From contig JAXLUU010000001.1 of the NCBI GenBank assembly GCA_046329325.1, positions 1,305,997-1,369,996 of the forward strand: a DNA stretch of 64,000 bases. Reading direction: 5' to 3'. Position 1 is the first letter of the stretch, and each line of letters opens with the position of its first letter. The DNA comes from Saprospiraceae bacterium. Lineage in GTDB: Bacteria > Bacteroidota > Bacteroidia > Chitinophagales > Saprospiraceae. The notes under the pieces were generated by a model that was not told where the DNA came from, did not search any database, and worked only from the letters and a program-made list of their open reading frames with translations. Below, one piece after another: positions 56,333 to 64,000 of the stretch. Both the position numbers and the translations under genes were made by a program.

Positions 56333-56800
56333 TCAAACCTGGTTAAGATTATGTTGCTTCCAGATATTCCAGATGAGTTTGAATGGAACCAAATACCCGC
56401 AAATCAGGGCACAACTGCTGAAGAATACCATCTCCGTGCGAATGTAACTTGCCATTGAGGTTTGATCAACTTCATTCAGATTTGTCACAAGTTCCTGTAA
56501 TCCTACATCATCGATGTAGTTTTTAAAATCCGTAAACTCATAACTCAGAAAATACAACATTGGAATTAAGGTAAAAATAATAATCAATTTGAGCCATTGC
56601 CAGCGAGCATAGGGAGTAAGGTGCCAAAGGATGACCCACCGGAAGAATATGAAAAATCCGAAAATAAAGATCAGATTCTGAACATAAAATGGATATTCAA
56701 TTTTATAATAATAGACGGGATAGAGTATGAGTGACGCCACAATGGCTGTTACCAACCACCAGATCAACTCAGACCACCATTTATTTTCTCTGATAAACAA
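56333..56800 (-). CDS. Hypothetical polytopic membrane protein (TTG start)
   Basis: 155-aa ORF with about 4 TM segments, Trp-rich. It is the last gene of the 60673->56333 minus-strand operon. Confidence 0.45.
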   Translation of the reverse strand: MFIRENKWWSELIWWLVTAIVASLILYPVYYYKIEYPFYVQNLIFIFGFFIFFRWVILWHLTPYARWQWLKLIIIFTLIPMLYFLSYEFTDFKNYIDDVGLQELVTNLNEVDQTSMASYIRTEMVFFSSCALICGYLVPFKLIWNIWKQHNLNQV

Positions 56801-56809
56801 AATAATAAA

Positions 56810-57361
56810 TTAGAACCTATCCGAAAATTTCTGCTGTCCGCTTGCCAAAGAATTCGGATTATCCTTGCGCACGACGAGTGCAACAAGGCAGCTTATTAAA
56901 AATTGTAACAGTGCACCTCCAGCCATAATCAAAGCACTGTTGCCAGGACCAAAAGGATTTGAATCTTGAATTCTTTCGATTTGTTTTTCCGTTTCAGCAT
57001 CGCCTAGTCTTCCTCTAAATTCCTCAAGTGTCTTGATCTGAACTTCTTTGACATGTTCAAGCAATGATGGGTCAATATAATTGTACATCAAGACAAGAAA
57101 TAATGTTGTCATCGCAGTAGCAATCAAAGCGCCAATCCAAATATGCACCATTGCTTCTTTCCATTCTATATAACCACCAAGCTCATTTCTTCTTGCCAAG
57201 CCTATATAGTACATTACCGCAATACCGCCAGCAAAAATTATGAACCCCAGATATGCCCCCGTGTCCATTGCCCCGGTGACCAGATAAATTGTAAGATAAA
57301 TAAGAATGCTGACCGTACCCCAGAGCAATCCATAATTGCGAGCAGTAGTATAATTATTCAT
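56810..57361 (-). CDS. DUF4199-like membrane protein
   Basis: 183 aa, about 4 TM helices. Its start overlaps the upstream stop (ATGA at 57361-57358). Confidence 0.45.
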   Translation of the reverse strand: MNNYTTARNYGLLWGTVSILIYLTIYLVTGAMDTGAYLGFIIFAGGIAVMYYIGLARRNELGGYIEWKEAMVHIWIGALIATAMTTLFLVLMYNYIDPSLLEHVKEVQIKTLEEFRGRLGDAETEKQIERIQDSNPFGPGNSALIMAGGALLQFLISCLVALVVRKDNPNSLASGQQKFSDRF

Positions 57362-58644
57362 AGTAACAATGATTTATTGTCAAAAAACCTGCCTTTGTTA
57401 AATACGCCTAGCACGGCTCCAGTGAGCTGTTTGCCAATCAGTGGGCTGTTGACTGATCTGGACTGGTTATTGTTTTGAGTATAGTGCCATTGTAATGATT
57501 CGTGAAACCAGGTTAACTCGGCCTCTTGTCCCTCTTCAACTGATGCAGCCGGAAGACCAAATATCTTTCTCGGCATGACGGATACTTTATCAACCCAAAG
57601 TGAGGTCAGATTTCCTCCTGGAGATGATGTATTAAATAGCGAATATGAAGTCTGCAGCGATATTGCACCAAATGCCGCATTCTGAAATTCAAGGTCTTTT
57701 AATTCAGGATTTACCGGACTGTGATCGCTGACGACCAAATCAACGGTACCATCAGACAAGCCTTGCCATAAAGATTTTTGATCCTGATGACTTCTCAGTG
57801 GCGGGATTAATTTAAGACTTGAATCAAATGTCGTCAGATCCTGGTCCTTAAATGCCAGATGAAAGATTGAAACGGAACAAAATAACTTAGGATTATTCTT
57901 TTTTGCTTTGCGTATGGTTGAAAGCGATTCGGCCGCTGAAATTTTGTTTATTAGCATTGATGAACCGGTATATTCCAAAATGGAAATATCTCGTTGAACG
58001 GCACTAAATTCGGCTACACTCGGATCTGCCTTTAGGCCCAATGCAGCAGTATCTTTTGATTCGTGTACCTGACTTTTAGGAGACAGATCATCGTCATGTG
58101 AATGTTGAATTAGTATTGCTCCGGGTATAAGTTGGATGTATTCAAGCACTCTTCTCAACAATCCGGATTTATGTACTCCAGCGGTCCCGTCCGAAAAAGC
58201 GATTGCCCCGGCTTCATGCATTTGAAGTATTTCTGCCATTTCCAGGGAAGCATTGTTTTTACTGACAGCGCCAATCGGATGCAAGTGAATGCCCAGAGAT
58301 TGTGATGCGCTGATAAGAAAATGAACCTCAGAACGTGAATGAACTGAAGGCTGCGTATTGGGCATACATGCCAGTCGGGTATATCCGCCGGCCAGTGCAG
58401 CCATTGACAATGACTGCAAGCTTTCTCTTTCTTCCATTCCAGGTTCGCCTCCGTAGCAGCCGATATCAACCCATCCGGGAGATATAGAAGAGCCTTTCAT
58501 TTCAAGCACTTGGCAATTTTTAGGCGGAGTAATTTGTTCAGAAATAACTTCTATTCTTCCACTTCCTATCAGAATGTCACGTTTCTTACCATTCCACTTA
58601 CTTTGCGGATCAGTGATCACTACATTTTTGAGAAGGTATTTCAT
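57358..58644 (-). CDS. Dihydroorotase-like amidohydrolase with degenerate metal site (probably non-catalytic)
   Basis: 428 aa and collinear with class I DHOase. SPGWVDIGCYGGEPG replaces SPGFVDLHVHFREPG, so HxH is lost. LINKISA replaces HVCHIST, so that His is lost. GGYTRLACMPNTQP and VSDHSP are retained. Confidence 0.7.
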   Translation of the reverse strand: MKYLLKNVVITDPQSKWNGKKRDILIGSGRIEVISEQITPPKNCQVLEMKGSSISPGWVDIGCYGGEPGMEERESLQSLSMAALAGGYTRLACMPNTQPSVHSRSEVHFLISASQSLGIHLHPIGAVSKNNASLEMAEILQMHEAGAIAFSDGTAGVHKSGLLRRVLEYIQLIPGAILIQHSHDDDLSPKSQVHESKDTAALGLKADPSVAEFSAVQRDISILEYTGSSMLINKISAAESLSTIRKAKKNNPKLFCSVSIFHLAFKDQDLTTFDSSLKLIPPLRSHQDQKSLWQGLSDGTVDLVVSDHSPVNPELKDLEFQNAAFGAISLQTSYSLFNTSSPGGNLTSLWVDKVSVMPRKIFGLPAASVEEGQEAELTWFHESLQWHYTQNNNQSRSVNSPLIGKQLTGAVLGVFNKGRFFDNKSLLL

Positions 58645-58645
58645 A

Positions 58646-60673
58646 TCAGTTGTTCTTCCAATAACGAATTAATAAACTTTCAACCAATAAAAATACAATT
58701 CCGGCGAGGATCAGGTACCACCAGATCGATTTTTGATTTTTTGAGTCCTGGATTGAAGCACTAAGATTGCCTACCAGTTCCGGATCTGTAATTACTGCCT
58801 TATCTCCAAAGTATTGCGTCAACACGCTTTTGTCCGTAAAGTTCATCTGTGACTCTATCCTGTCTTCATTGAAAGCGGCACTTCCGATCAGCGCGTCCTG
58901 ATTATAAATATCATATATTCCCGCTTTTTTCATTTGGTCGTACAGATCGATATCCATTAATCCGGGACTTAGTCTTACGGAAGTAATAAATTCTTCAGGA
59001 CCTTTGAAGCGAACTGTATTGTCCTTCAATGTCACGTTATCTTCGGTAGATTGCTGAATTGAAAGATCACGACCCAGCGTGTAGGCGTTGTGGGAAGCAT
59101 TCGTTCCGGACAATGAAGCTTTAAACAAAAGGGGTATAAATATTTCTGCGTTTCTTGGTAGGGAGTTGATATCCGGATCAGCAGAAGCGGCGCATAGATA
59201 TAGGTATGCATTGCCCACTGGGGTCCTGACAAGATAAGGACTACCATCCCGGAAAGTCATAATAAGCTCCGCAAAAGAATGACTTTTGATTGAATAGGAA
59301 GAAAGCACAAAAGGCAGTATGATATTTCCTTTTCTCGATGTAAATACATCATCAAATAGTCCGGATTCATAATTGATCGAACCGACTTCCTTTTTCTGTT
59401 TGGTAAATTCACTTAATTGCGGTAGCCTTATGGTGCTTTCGAGAGAAGAATAAGCATCATTAAGTTGTTCTGCTGGAAAAATAAATAAATTGGTTCCCTG
59501 AGACATTGCTTTGCCAAGTTCTCCAGCAAATCCACTGGAGATCGAAGGCAGGTCTGCCAATACAATAAGTTTGTATTTGGCAAAAGACTGATAGTCCAGA
59601 CTACCAGCTTCCTGCTGAGTAGTCCTGAAATAGGGAATGGCCTGAAGCGCCTGAATCAGTGACAATGGCGGCTTTTTGTTATAAATGAGCAGAACGCGAA
59701 CTTCTTCAGCACTTTTAAAACTCAGATAATATTGATCATCAAACTGCACCGGATAATCTGCTATTTTAAGAATCATTTTGTGAACTCCGGATTTTTTTAG
59801 ATTAAAGGAAATAGTATCCTCAAGGCTTCTTCCAGCCGCGAGGTGAATTCCGGCTACTGGATAATCCTGTCCGTCAATATTGTAACTGAGCTTTAAATCT
59901 TCAGACGTTGCCGATCCATAATTGCGAAGTTTGTAAATTACCTGACATGGCTGACCGGTTACGATCAGCGGATTCAAAATAAATGCTGAGTCAATGGCAA
60001 TGTTATCTTCAACTGCGCCTTTCAAGGGCAGTAGATTAATATTGATCGTGCTGTCCTTGTATTGTATCTTGTCTTTCAGGATTGAATTTTGAAAATCAGA
60101 AATCAGGAAAATTTCCTTTTCAAATCCTTCCAGACCTTCAAGGGTCTGTTCCTGTCTGTGTATAATTTTGGACAGTTGATTTACGGCGGATGACTGCTGC
60201 ATTTCTTCGATAGCAGCCTGGGCTTCCTGTCTGGTCAACATCCGGGATTGTCTACCGCTCAATTCATGACTGATGATCTGAAATTTGTCATCGTCATTGA
60301 AAGCATTCAGAATATCCAGCGCGGCACGTTTGGCTTTGTTAAAGAGGCTTCCTTCACTGGCGTTGAGGTTCATGGACCAGCTGTTATCTATAAAAATACT
60401 TATGGCGCGATGCCGTTTTGTATTGAGACTATGATTGTTAACGAAAGGTTGTGCAAAGGCTAAAATCAGGGCAGCAAATGCAAGGATTCTGGCTAACAGT
60501 ATGAGCAGGTTTTTGAGTTTGTTACGATGAGCTGTTTCTTCAACCAGTTCTTTAAGAAATCTAACATTAGTAAAAAGTACCTGCTTATACCTCCGGAAGT
60601 AAAAAAGGTGAATTATGATAGGTATTGCAAGAAGACTGAGTGCCCAGAGGACCGCCGGAAAACTTATACTCAT
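58646..60673 (-). CDS. BatA-N-terminal-domain (aerotolerance-related) membrane protein with VWA-like region
   Basis: 675 aa. N-terminus FPAVLWALSLLAIPIIIHLFYFRR is typical of the BatA N-terminal domain. IFIDNSWSM is MIDAS-like. There is a C-terminal TM helix. Confidence 0.6.
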   Translation of the reverse strand: MSISFPAVLWALSLLAIPIIIHLFYFRRYKQVLFTNVRFLKELVEETAHRNKLKNLLILLARILAFAALILAFAQPFVNNHSLNTKRHRAISIFIDNSWSMNLNASEGSLFNKAKRAALDILNAFNDDDKFQIISHELSGRQSRMLTRQEAQAAIEEMQQSSAVNQLSKIIHRQEQTLEGLEGFEKEIFLISDFQNSILKDKIQYKDSTININLLPLKGAVEDNIAIDSAFILNPLIVTGQPCQVIYKLRNYGSATSEDLKLSYNIDGQDYPVAGIHLAAGRSLEDTISFNLKKSGVHKMILKIADYPVQFDDQYYLSFKSAEEVRVLLIYNKKPPLSLIQALQAIPYFRTTQQEAGSLDYQSFAKYKLIVLADLPSISSGFAGELGKAMSQGTNLFIFPAEQLNDAYSSLESTIRLPQLSEFTKQKKEVGSINYESGLFDDVFTSRKGNIILPFVLSSYSIKSHSFAELIMTFRDGSPYLVRTPVGNAYLYLCAASADPDINSLPRNAEIFIPLLFKASLSGTNASHNAYTLGRDLSIQQSTEDNVTLKDNTVRFKGPEEFITSVRLSPGLMDIDLYDQMKKAGIYDIYNQDALIGSAAFNEDRIESQMNFTDKSVLTQYFGDKAVITDPELVGNLSASIQDSKNQKSIWWYLILAGIVFLLVESLLIRYWKNN

Positions 60674-60691
60674 ACTGGCCTAAGAATGGCG

Positions 60692-60699
60692 CAAAGCTA
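60692..60699 (-). promoter_or_regulatory. -7 promoter box (TAGCTTTG on the minus strand) upstream of the BatA-like operon
   Basis: Plus-strand caaagcta. 18 nt upstream of the ATG at 60673. Confidence 0.4.
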
Positions 60700-60780
60700 A
60701 TACCATATTCTGACAACTGGCAGAGAATAGAACGCCTACAAAACGCAAAATATATTATAAAAATAAGTAATATATTTTAG

Positions 60781-60788
60781 TAATTTTG
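60781..60788 (+). promoter_or_regulatory. -7 promoter box (TAATTTTG) only 4 nt upstream of the ruvA ATG
   Basis: Exact consensus. The spacing implies a leaderless or near-leaderless ruvA mRNA if this box is used. Confidence 0.4.
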
Positions 60789-60792
60789 CGGC

Positions 60793-61380
60793 ATGATTGC
60801 CTATATCAGGGGAAAGCTGGTTCAATGTCAACCGGCATTTGCAGTGGTGGATACCGGAGGTGTCGCCTACCTGCTGCAAATCAGCCTGGCCACATATTCC
60901 CGCCTGCGGGATCAGCATGATGTGCAGGTTTTGACCCATATGATTGTAAAGGAAGATGGCCATTATCTCTATGGATTTGCTGAGGAACAGGAAAGGCAGT
61001 TGTTTATTCAGCTTATTTCTGTTAATGGCGTGGGACCCAACACAGCAAGAGTGATCCTGTCCTCCCTTGAACCCTCTGAAGTTCGTTCGGCGATCGCCCG
61101 GGGTGATGACACCATCTTCAAAAGAGTCAAAGGTATCGGCCCAAAGACTGCCCAAAGAATCATTATTGACCTGAAGGACAAAGTCATGAAGGAAGGTGGT
61201 CAGGAGGTCCTATCCGGGATAGGCAAAACAGATCACCGGCAGGAAGCCATGGTGGCACTTCAGGCTCTGGGATTTGCCAGAATCCAGGTAGAACAGGTGT
61301 TAAGATCCTTTGGAGAGCAGGATTTAAGTATTTGGTCATTAGAGGATCTGATCAAGAATTGTCTTAAAAAACTTTCATAA
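60793..61380 (+). CDS. ruvA: Holliday junction branch migration complex subunit RuvA
   Basis: 195 aa. MIAYIRGKL N-terminus. HhH motifs VNGVGPNTARVILS and VKGIGPKTAQRII. Confidence 0.92.
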   Translation: MIAYIRGKLVQCQPAFAVVDTGGVAYLLQISLATYSRLRDQHDVQVLTHMIVKEDGHYLYGFAEEQERQLFIQLISVNGVGPNTARVILSSLEPSEVRSAIARGDDTIFKRVKGIGPKTAQRIIIDLKDKVMKEGGQEVLSGIGKTDHRQEAMVALQALGFARIQVEQVLRSFGEQDLSIWSLEDLIKNCLKKLS

Positions 61381-61469
61381 AATCAGGCTGTCCGTATAAG
61401 TTTTCCCCTTTTTTTGTCGTTACAATGGATTATTTGATTAAGGTCTTAGATTTCTTCGGAAGAGTAGTT

Positions 61470-64000
61470 ATGAGCAGAGTTATTGCATTGTGCCTGGTGA
61501 TTGTATGGCTTAGTAACAGCCTTTTGGCAGGAGGAAGGGAATTGCCAGGGGTAGAGGTTCGCGATGTGAAATATCAGGTTATCGATACTGTTCCTTACAA
61601 GAACAGACCGGGCTCCAATCCGGAAAGAGATAAAAAAAATCCCTTTGACCTTAAAGATCCCAAATCAGTTGAAAAAGATATTGAATATGACCCAGTTACC
61701 GGCGAGTACATTCTGAAAGAGAAAATAGGTACGGAAGATTATAAATCTCCAAGGTCGATGACCTTTGAGGAATTTTTAGACTTTAAAGGACGCCAGCAAG
61801 ATAATCGCTACTTTAAGGATAAGTCGGGAATATCTTCTCCCAAGAGTAAGTTCTCCTCGGCCCTGGATCCGCTCAAAAAACTCGACCTGAAAAAAAATCT
61901 CTCGGACCGTCTGTTTGGCGGATTGGGTATACAGATTGAGCCCCGGGGTAATGTGGACATGACGGTCGGTGGATTTTATAATTTCAGTGATAATCCACTT
62001 CTTCAGACTTTGGGTAAGCGCCAGTGGGGACCGGATTTTCAGATGCGCATCCAACTGGAAGTCAAAGCAAGTATCGGTGATAAATTAAAACTGAATACGA
62101 ATTACAATACGCAATCGGCATTTGATTTTGACAATAAGCTTAAACTTGCCTACGACAGCGAAAAGTTTACCGAAGATGATATTATCAAGAAGATAGAAGC
62201 CGGTAATGTTGCCCTTCCGCTTCGTTCTACTTTGATAAAGGGCTCGCAAAACCTTTTTGGTTTTAAAACAGAATGGCAGTTTGGACATCTCAAACTTACT
62301 GGATTGCTCGCACAACAGCGCTCCAGGAACGAAAACATCACGACAAAGGGAGGAGGCGTATTTCAGGAATACCGCCTACGTCCGGATCAATATGACGAGA
62401 ACAGGCATTTCTTTCTGAGTTATTACAATCGAAACACCTATGAAAGGGCCCTCAGCACCCTGCCTGAAGTTAACAGCCTCTTCAAGATCAAGGATATTGA
62501 AGTTTGGATCACCGAGGATGGACTGAATTCCAGGGAGACCAACGTAAGGGATATTGTAGCATTAGCGGACCTGGGCACTCCGGATGGCATGCCGTTTGAC
62601 ATGGATCCCATGCTTGTATCAAATTTTACCAGTGGGGTCACAGCACCAACAGACATCACAGGCGTTCCACTAGCCGCTAATGCTTCTAACAGTCTCTATG
62701 CCAAGATTACCAAAGATGCGAGTACGCGAGATCTGAACACCGTCGTATCCAAACTTACCAATGAGTTTAACCTTGTACAAGGAAAGGATTTCGAAAAGGT
62801 AAGAGCAAAGCGTCTGGCTACAACGGAATACAGCTATAACGCAGAACTTGGTTTTATTTCACTCCGCGTTCGGCCGCGCCCCAATCAGGTACTGGCGGTG
62901 GCATACCATTATATTTATAATGGCAGAGAGGAAGACCTGCGCACATCAGCCAAATTCAAAGTTGGTGAGATTAGTTCTGATATTAAATCCGATACAACCA
63001 ATGACAAGGTCATTTTTGTGAAACTCCTCAAATCATCAAATCAGGTTACTACCCGACCATCCTATGACCTGATGATGAAGAATGTCTATCCCATCGGAGG
63101 ATTCAATATCGGCCAGGACAATTTTACTTTTGACATATTCTATGAATCTCAGGATGGCATCCAGCGCAGATTCATTCAGGACCTTGACGGATATCCGCTG
63201 CTTAATTTGTTCAGGCTCGACAACCTCAACAAGACCAGCGATCCGCAGGCTGACGGAATTTTTGACTGGGTTGCAGGCCAGACTGTCATACCGCAAAGCG
63301 GATCTGTAGTGTTTCCTGTCTTAGAACCATTTGGAACCGGACTGAGAAAACTTATAGGCCTGGTAGAACCGGATCCTATCAAAGCTGATGTGATCTATAA
63401 AAAATATCAGTATGAAGCTTTATACGATTCTTCGATAACCAAGGCAAGGCAACAGCTCAGTTCCAATCAGTTTGTATTGAAGGGCACTTACAAAGCCAGT
63501 AAATCCAATGAGATTGCGCTGAATACATTTGGTTCTGATCCCAATGCAAAGATTATCGTTCGCGCCGGCTCACTGACACTTACCGAAAACGTTGATTATA
63601 TCGTAGACCGCAATGCCGGCAAGATCACCATTCTTAATGAATCCTATCTCGCGGGCAATGCCAATATCAGTGTAGATTACGAAAACAACTCACTTTTTAA
63701 TCTGCAGACTAGATCGATGTTTGGCTTCAGGGCAGAGTACGCCAAGAGTAAGGATTTCTACATCGGGGGTACTTATATGAATTTATTTGAACGTCCATTC
63801 ACACAGAAAGTCAACCTCAATGAAGACCCGATCAACAATAAAGTATTTGGCGTCGATCTTGGCATAACCAAACCTGCACCTTGGCTCACAAGAGCATTGG
63901 ATGCTTTGCCACTCTACAGTACTAAGGAAGCCTCGAAGGTATCAGTCCAGGCGGAAGCAGCCTATCTGAAGCCTGGTTACTCTAAAGCTATTGAACAGAC
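61470..64000 (+). CDS. sprA: T9SS translocon / gliding motility protein SprA, N-terminal part (runs off the right edge)
   Basis: Hand translation from ATG 61470 gives MSRVIALCLVIVWLSNSLLAGG...NPFDLKDPKSVEKDIEYDPVTGEYILKEKIG...IQIEPRGNVDMTVGG...LKLNTNYNTQSAFDFDNKLKLAYD...IKKIEAGNVALPL...LFGFKTEWQFGHLKLTGLLAQQRS. These are hallmark SprA N-terminal motifs. The frame is open to the window end. Confidence 0.8.
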   Translation, partial: MSRVIALCLVIVWLSNSLLAGGRELPGVEVRDVKYQVIDTVPYKNRPGSNPERDKKNPFDLKDPKSVEKDIEYDPVTGEYILKEKIGTEDYKSPRSMTFEEFLDFKGRQQDNRYFKDKSGISSPKSKFSSALDPLKKLDLKKNLSDRLFGGLGIQIEPRGNVDMTVGGFYNFSDNPLLQTLGKRQWGPDFQMRIQLEVKASIGDKLKLNTNYNTQSAFDFDNKLKLAYDSEKFTEDDIIKKIEAGNVALPLRSTLIKGSQNLFGFKTEWQFGHLKLTGLLAQQRSRNENITTKGGGVFQEYRLRPDQYDENRHFFLSYYNRNTYERALSTLPEVNSLFKIKDIEVWITEDGLNSRETNVRDIVALADLGTPDGMPFDMDPMLVSNFTSGVTAPTDITGVPLAANASNSLYAKITKDASTRDLNTVVSKLTNEFNLVQGKDFEKVRAKRLATTEYSYNAELGFISLRVRPRPNQVLAVAYHYIYNGREEDLRTSAKFKVGEISSDIKSDTTNDKVIFVKLLKSSNQVTTRPSYDLMMKNVYPIGGFNIGQDNFTFDIFYESQDGIQRRFIQDLDGYPLLNLFRLDNLNKTSDPQADGIFDWVAGQTVIPQSGSVVFPVLEPFGTGLRKLIGLVEPDPIKADVIYKKYQYEALYDSSITKARQQLSSNQFVLKGTYKASKSNEIALNTFGSDPNAKIIVRAGSLTLTENVDYIVDRNAGKITILNESYLAGNANISVDYENNSLFNLQTRSMFGFRAEYAKSKDFYIGGTYMNLFERPFTQKVNLNEDPINNKVFGVDLGITKPAPWLTRALDALPLYSTKEASKVSVQAEAAYLKPGYSKAIEQ

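Overview
This window is mostly a conserved housekeeping stretch of a Bacteroidota chromosome. The phylum call rests on the gliding/T9SS genes gldE-gldD and sprA, the mutY-ssb-gldE-gldD and ruvA-sprA gene orders, the many DUF-type lipoproteins and beta-barrels, and TAnnTTTG -7 promoter boxes in front of many genes. By eye it is AT-rich, roughly 40% GC (not computed).

I can support about 55 protein genes:
- DNA replication and repair: recA, dnaX, ruvA, mutY, ssb, and a UvrD-type helicase fused to a nuclease.
- Metabolism: glmS, fabG, nadA, nadE, hutH, dapD, pth, rlmI, a PaaZ-like fusion and a ROK kinase.
- Peptidases of the M16, M28 and M48 families.
- Edge-truncated genes: bamA at the left edge and sprA at the right edge.

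There are also two tRNAs, Leu-GAG and Phe-GAA, and one IS630-family insertion sequence at about 36.8-37.9 kb.

I found no CRISPR array, prophage, obvious defence island or biosynthetic cluster, and I cannot point to a clear-cut novel multi-gene system. The observations most worth a second look are:
1. Two A8 slippery tracts in the dnaX linker, each followed almost immediately by a -1-frame stop. These are possible tau/gamma recoding sites.
2. An orphan promoter-plus-terminator unit of about 190 nt with no ORF, a candidate sRNA, upstream of tRNA-Leu.
3. The IS630 element, whose transposase needs a -1 shift inside a 20-nt A-rich overlap window.
4. A dihydroorotase homologue that has lost three metal-ligand histidines and sits in a tightly coupled membrane-protein operon.
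5. Two lipoprotein/beta-barrel modules carrying CxxC or CxxCH motifs.

All family names come from motif recognition and memory, not from database searches.
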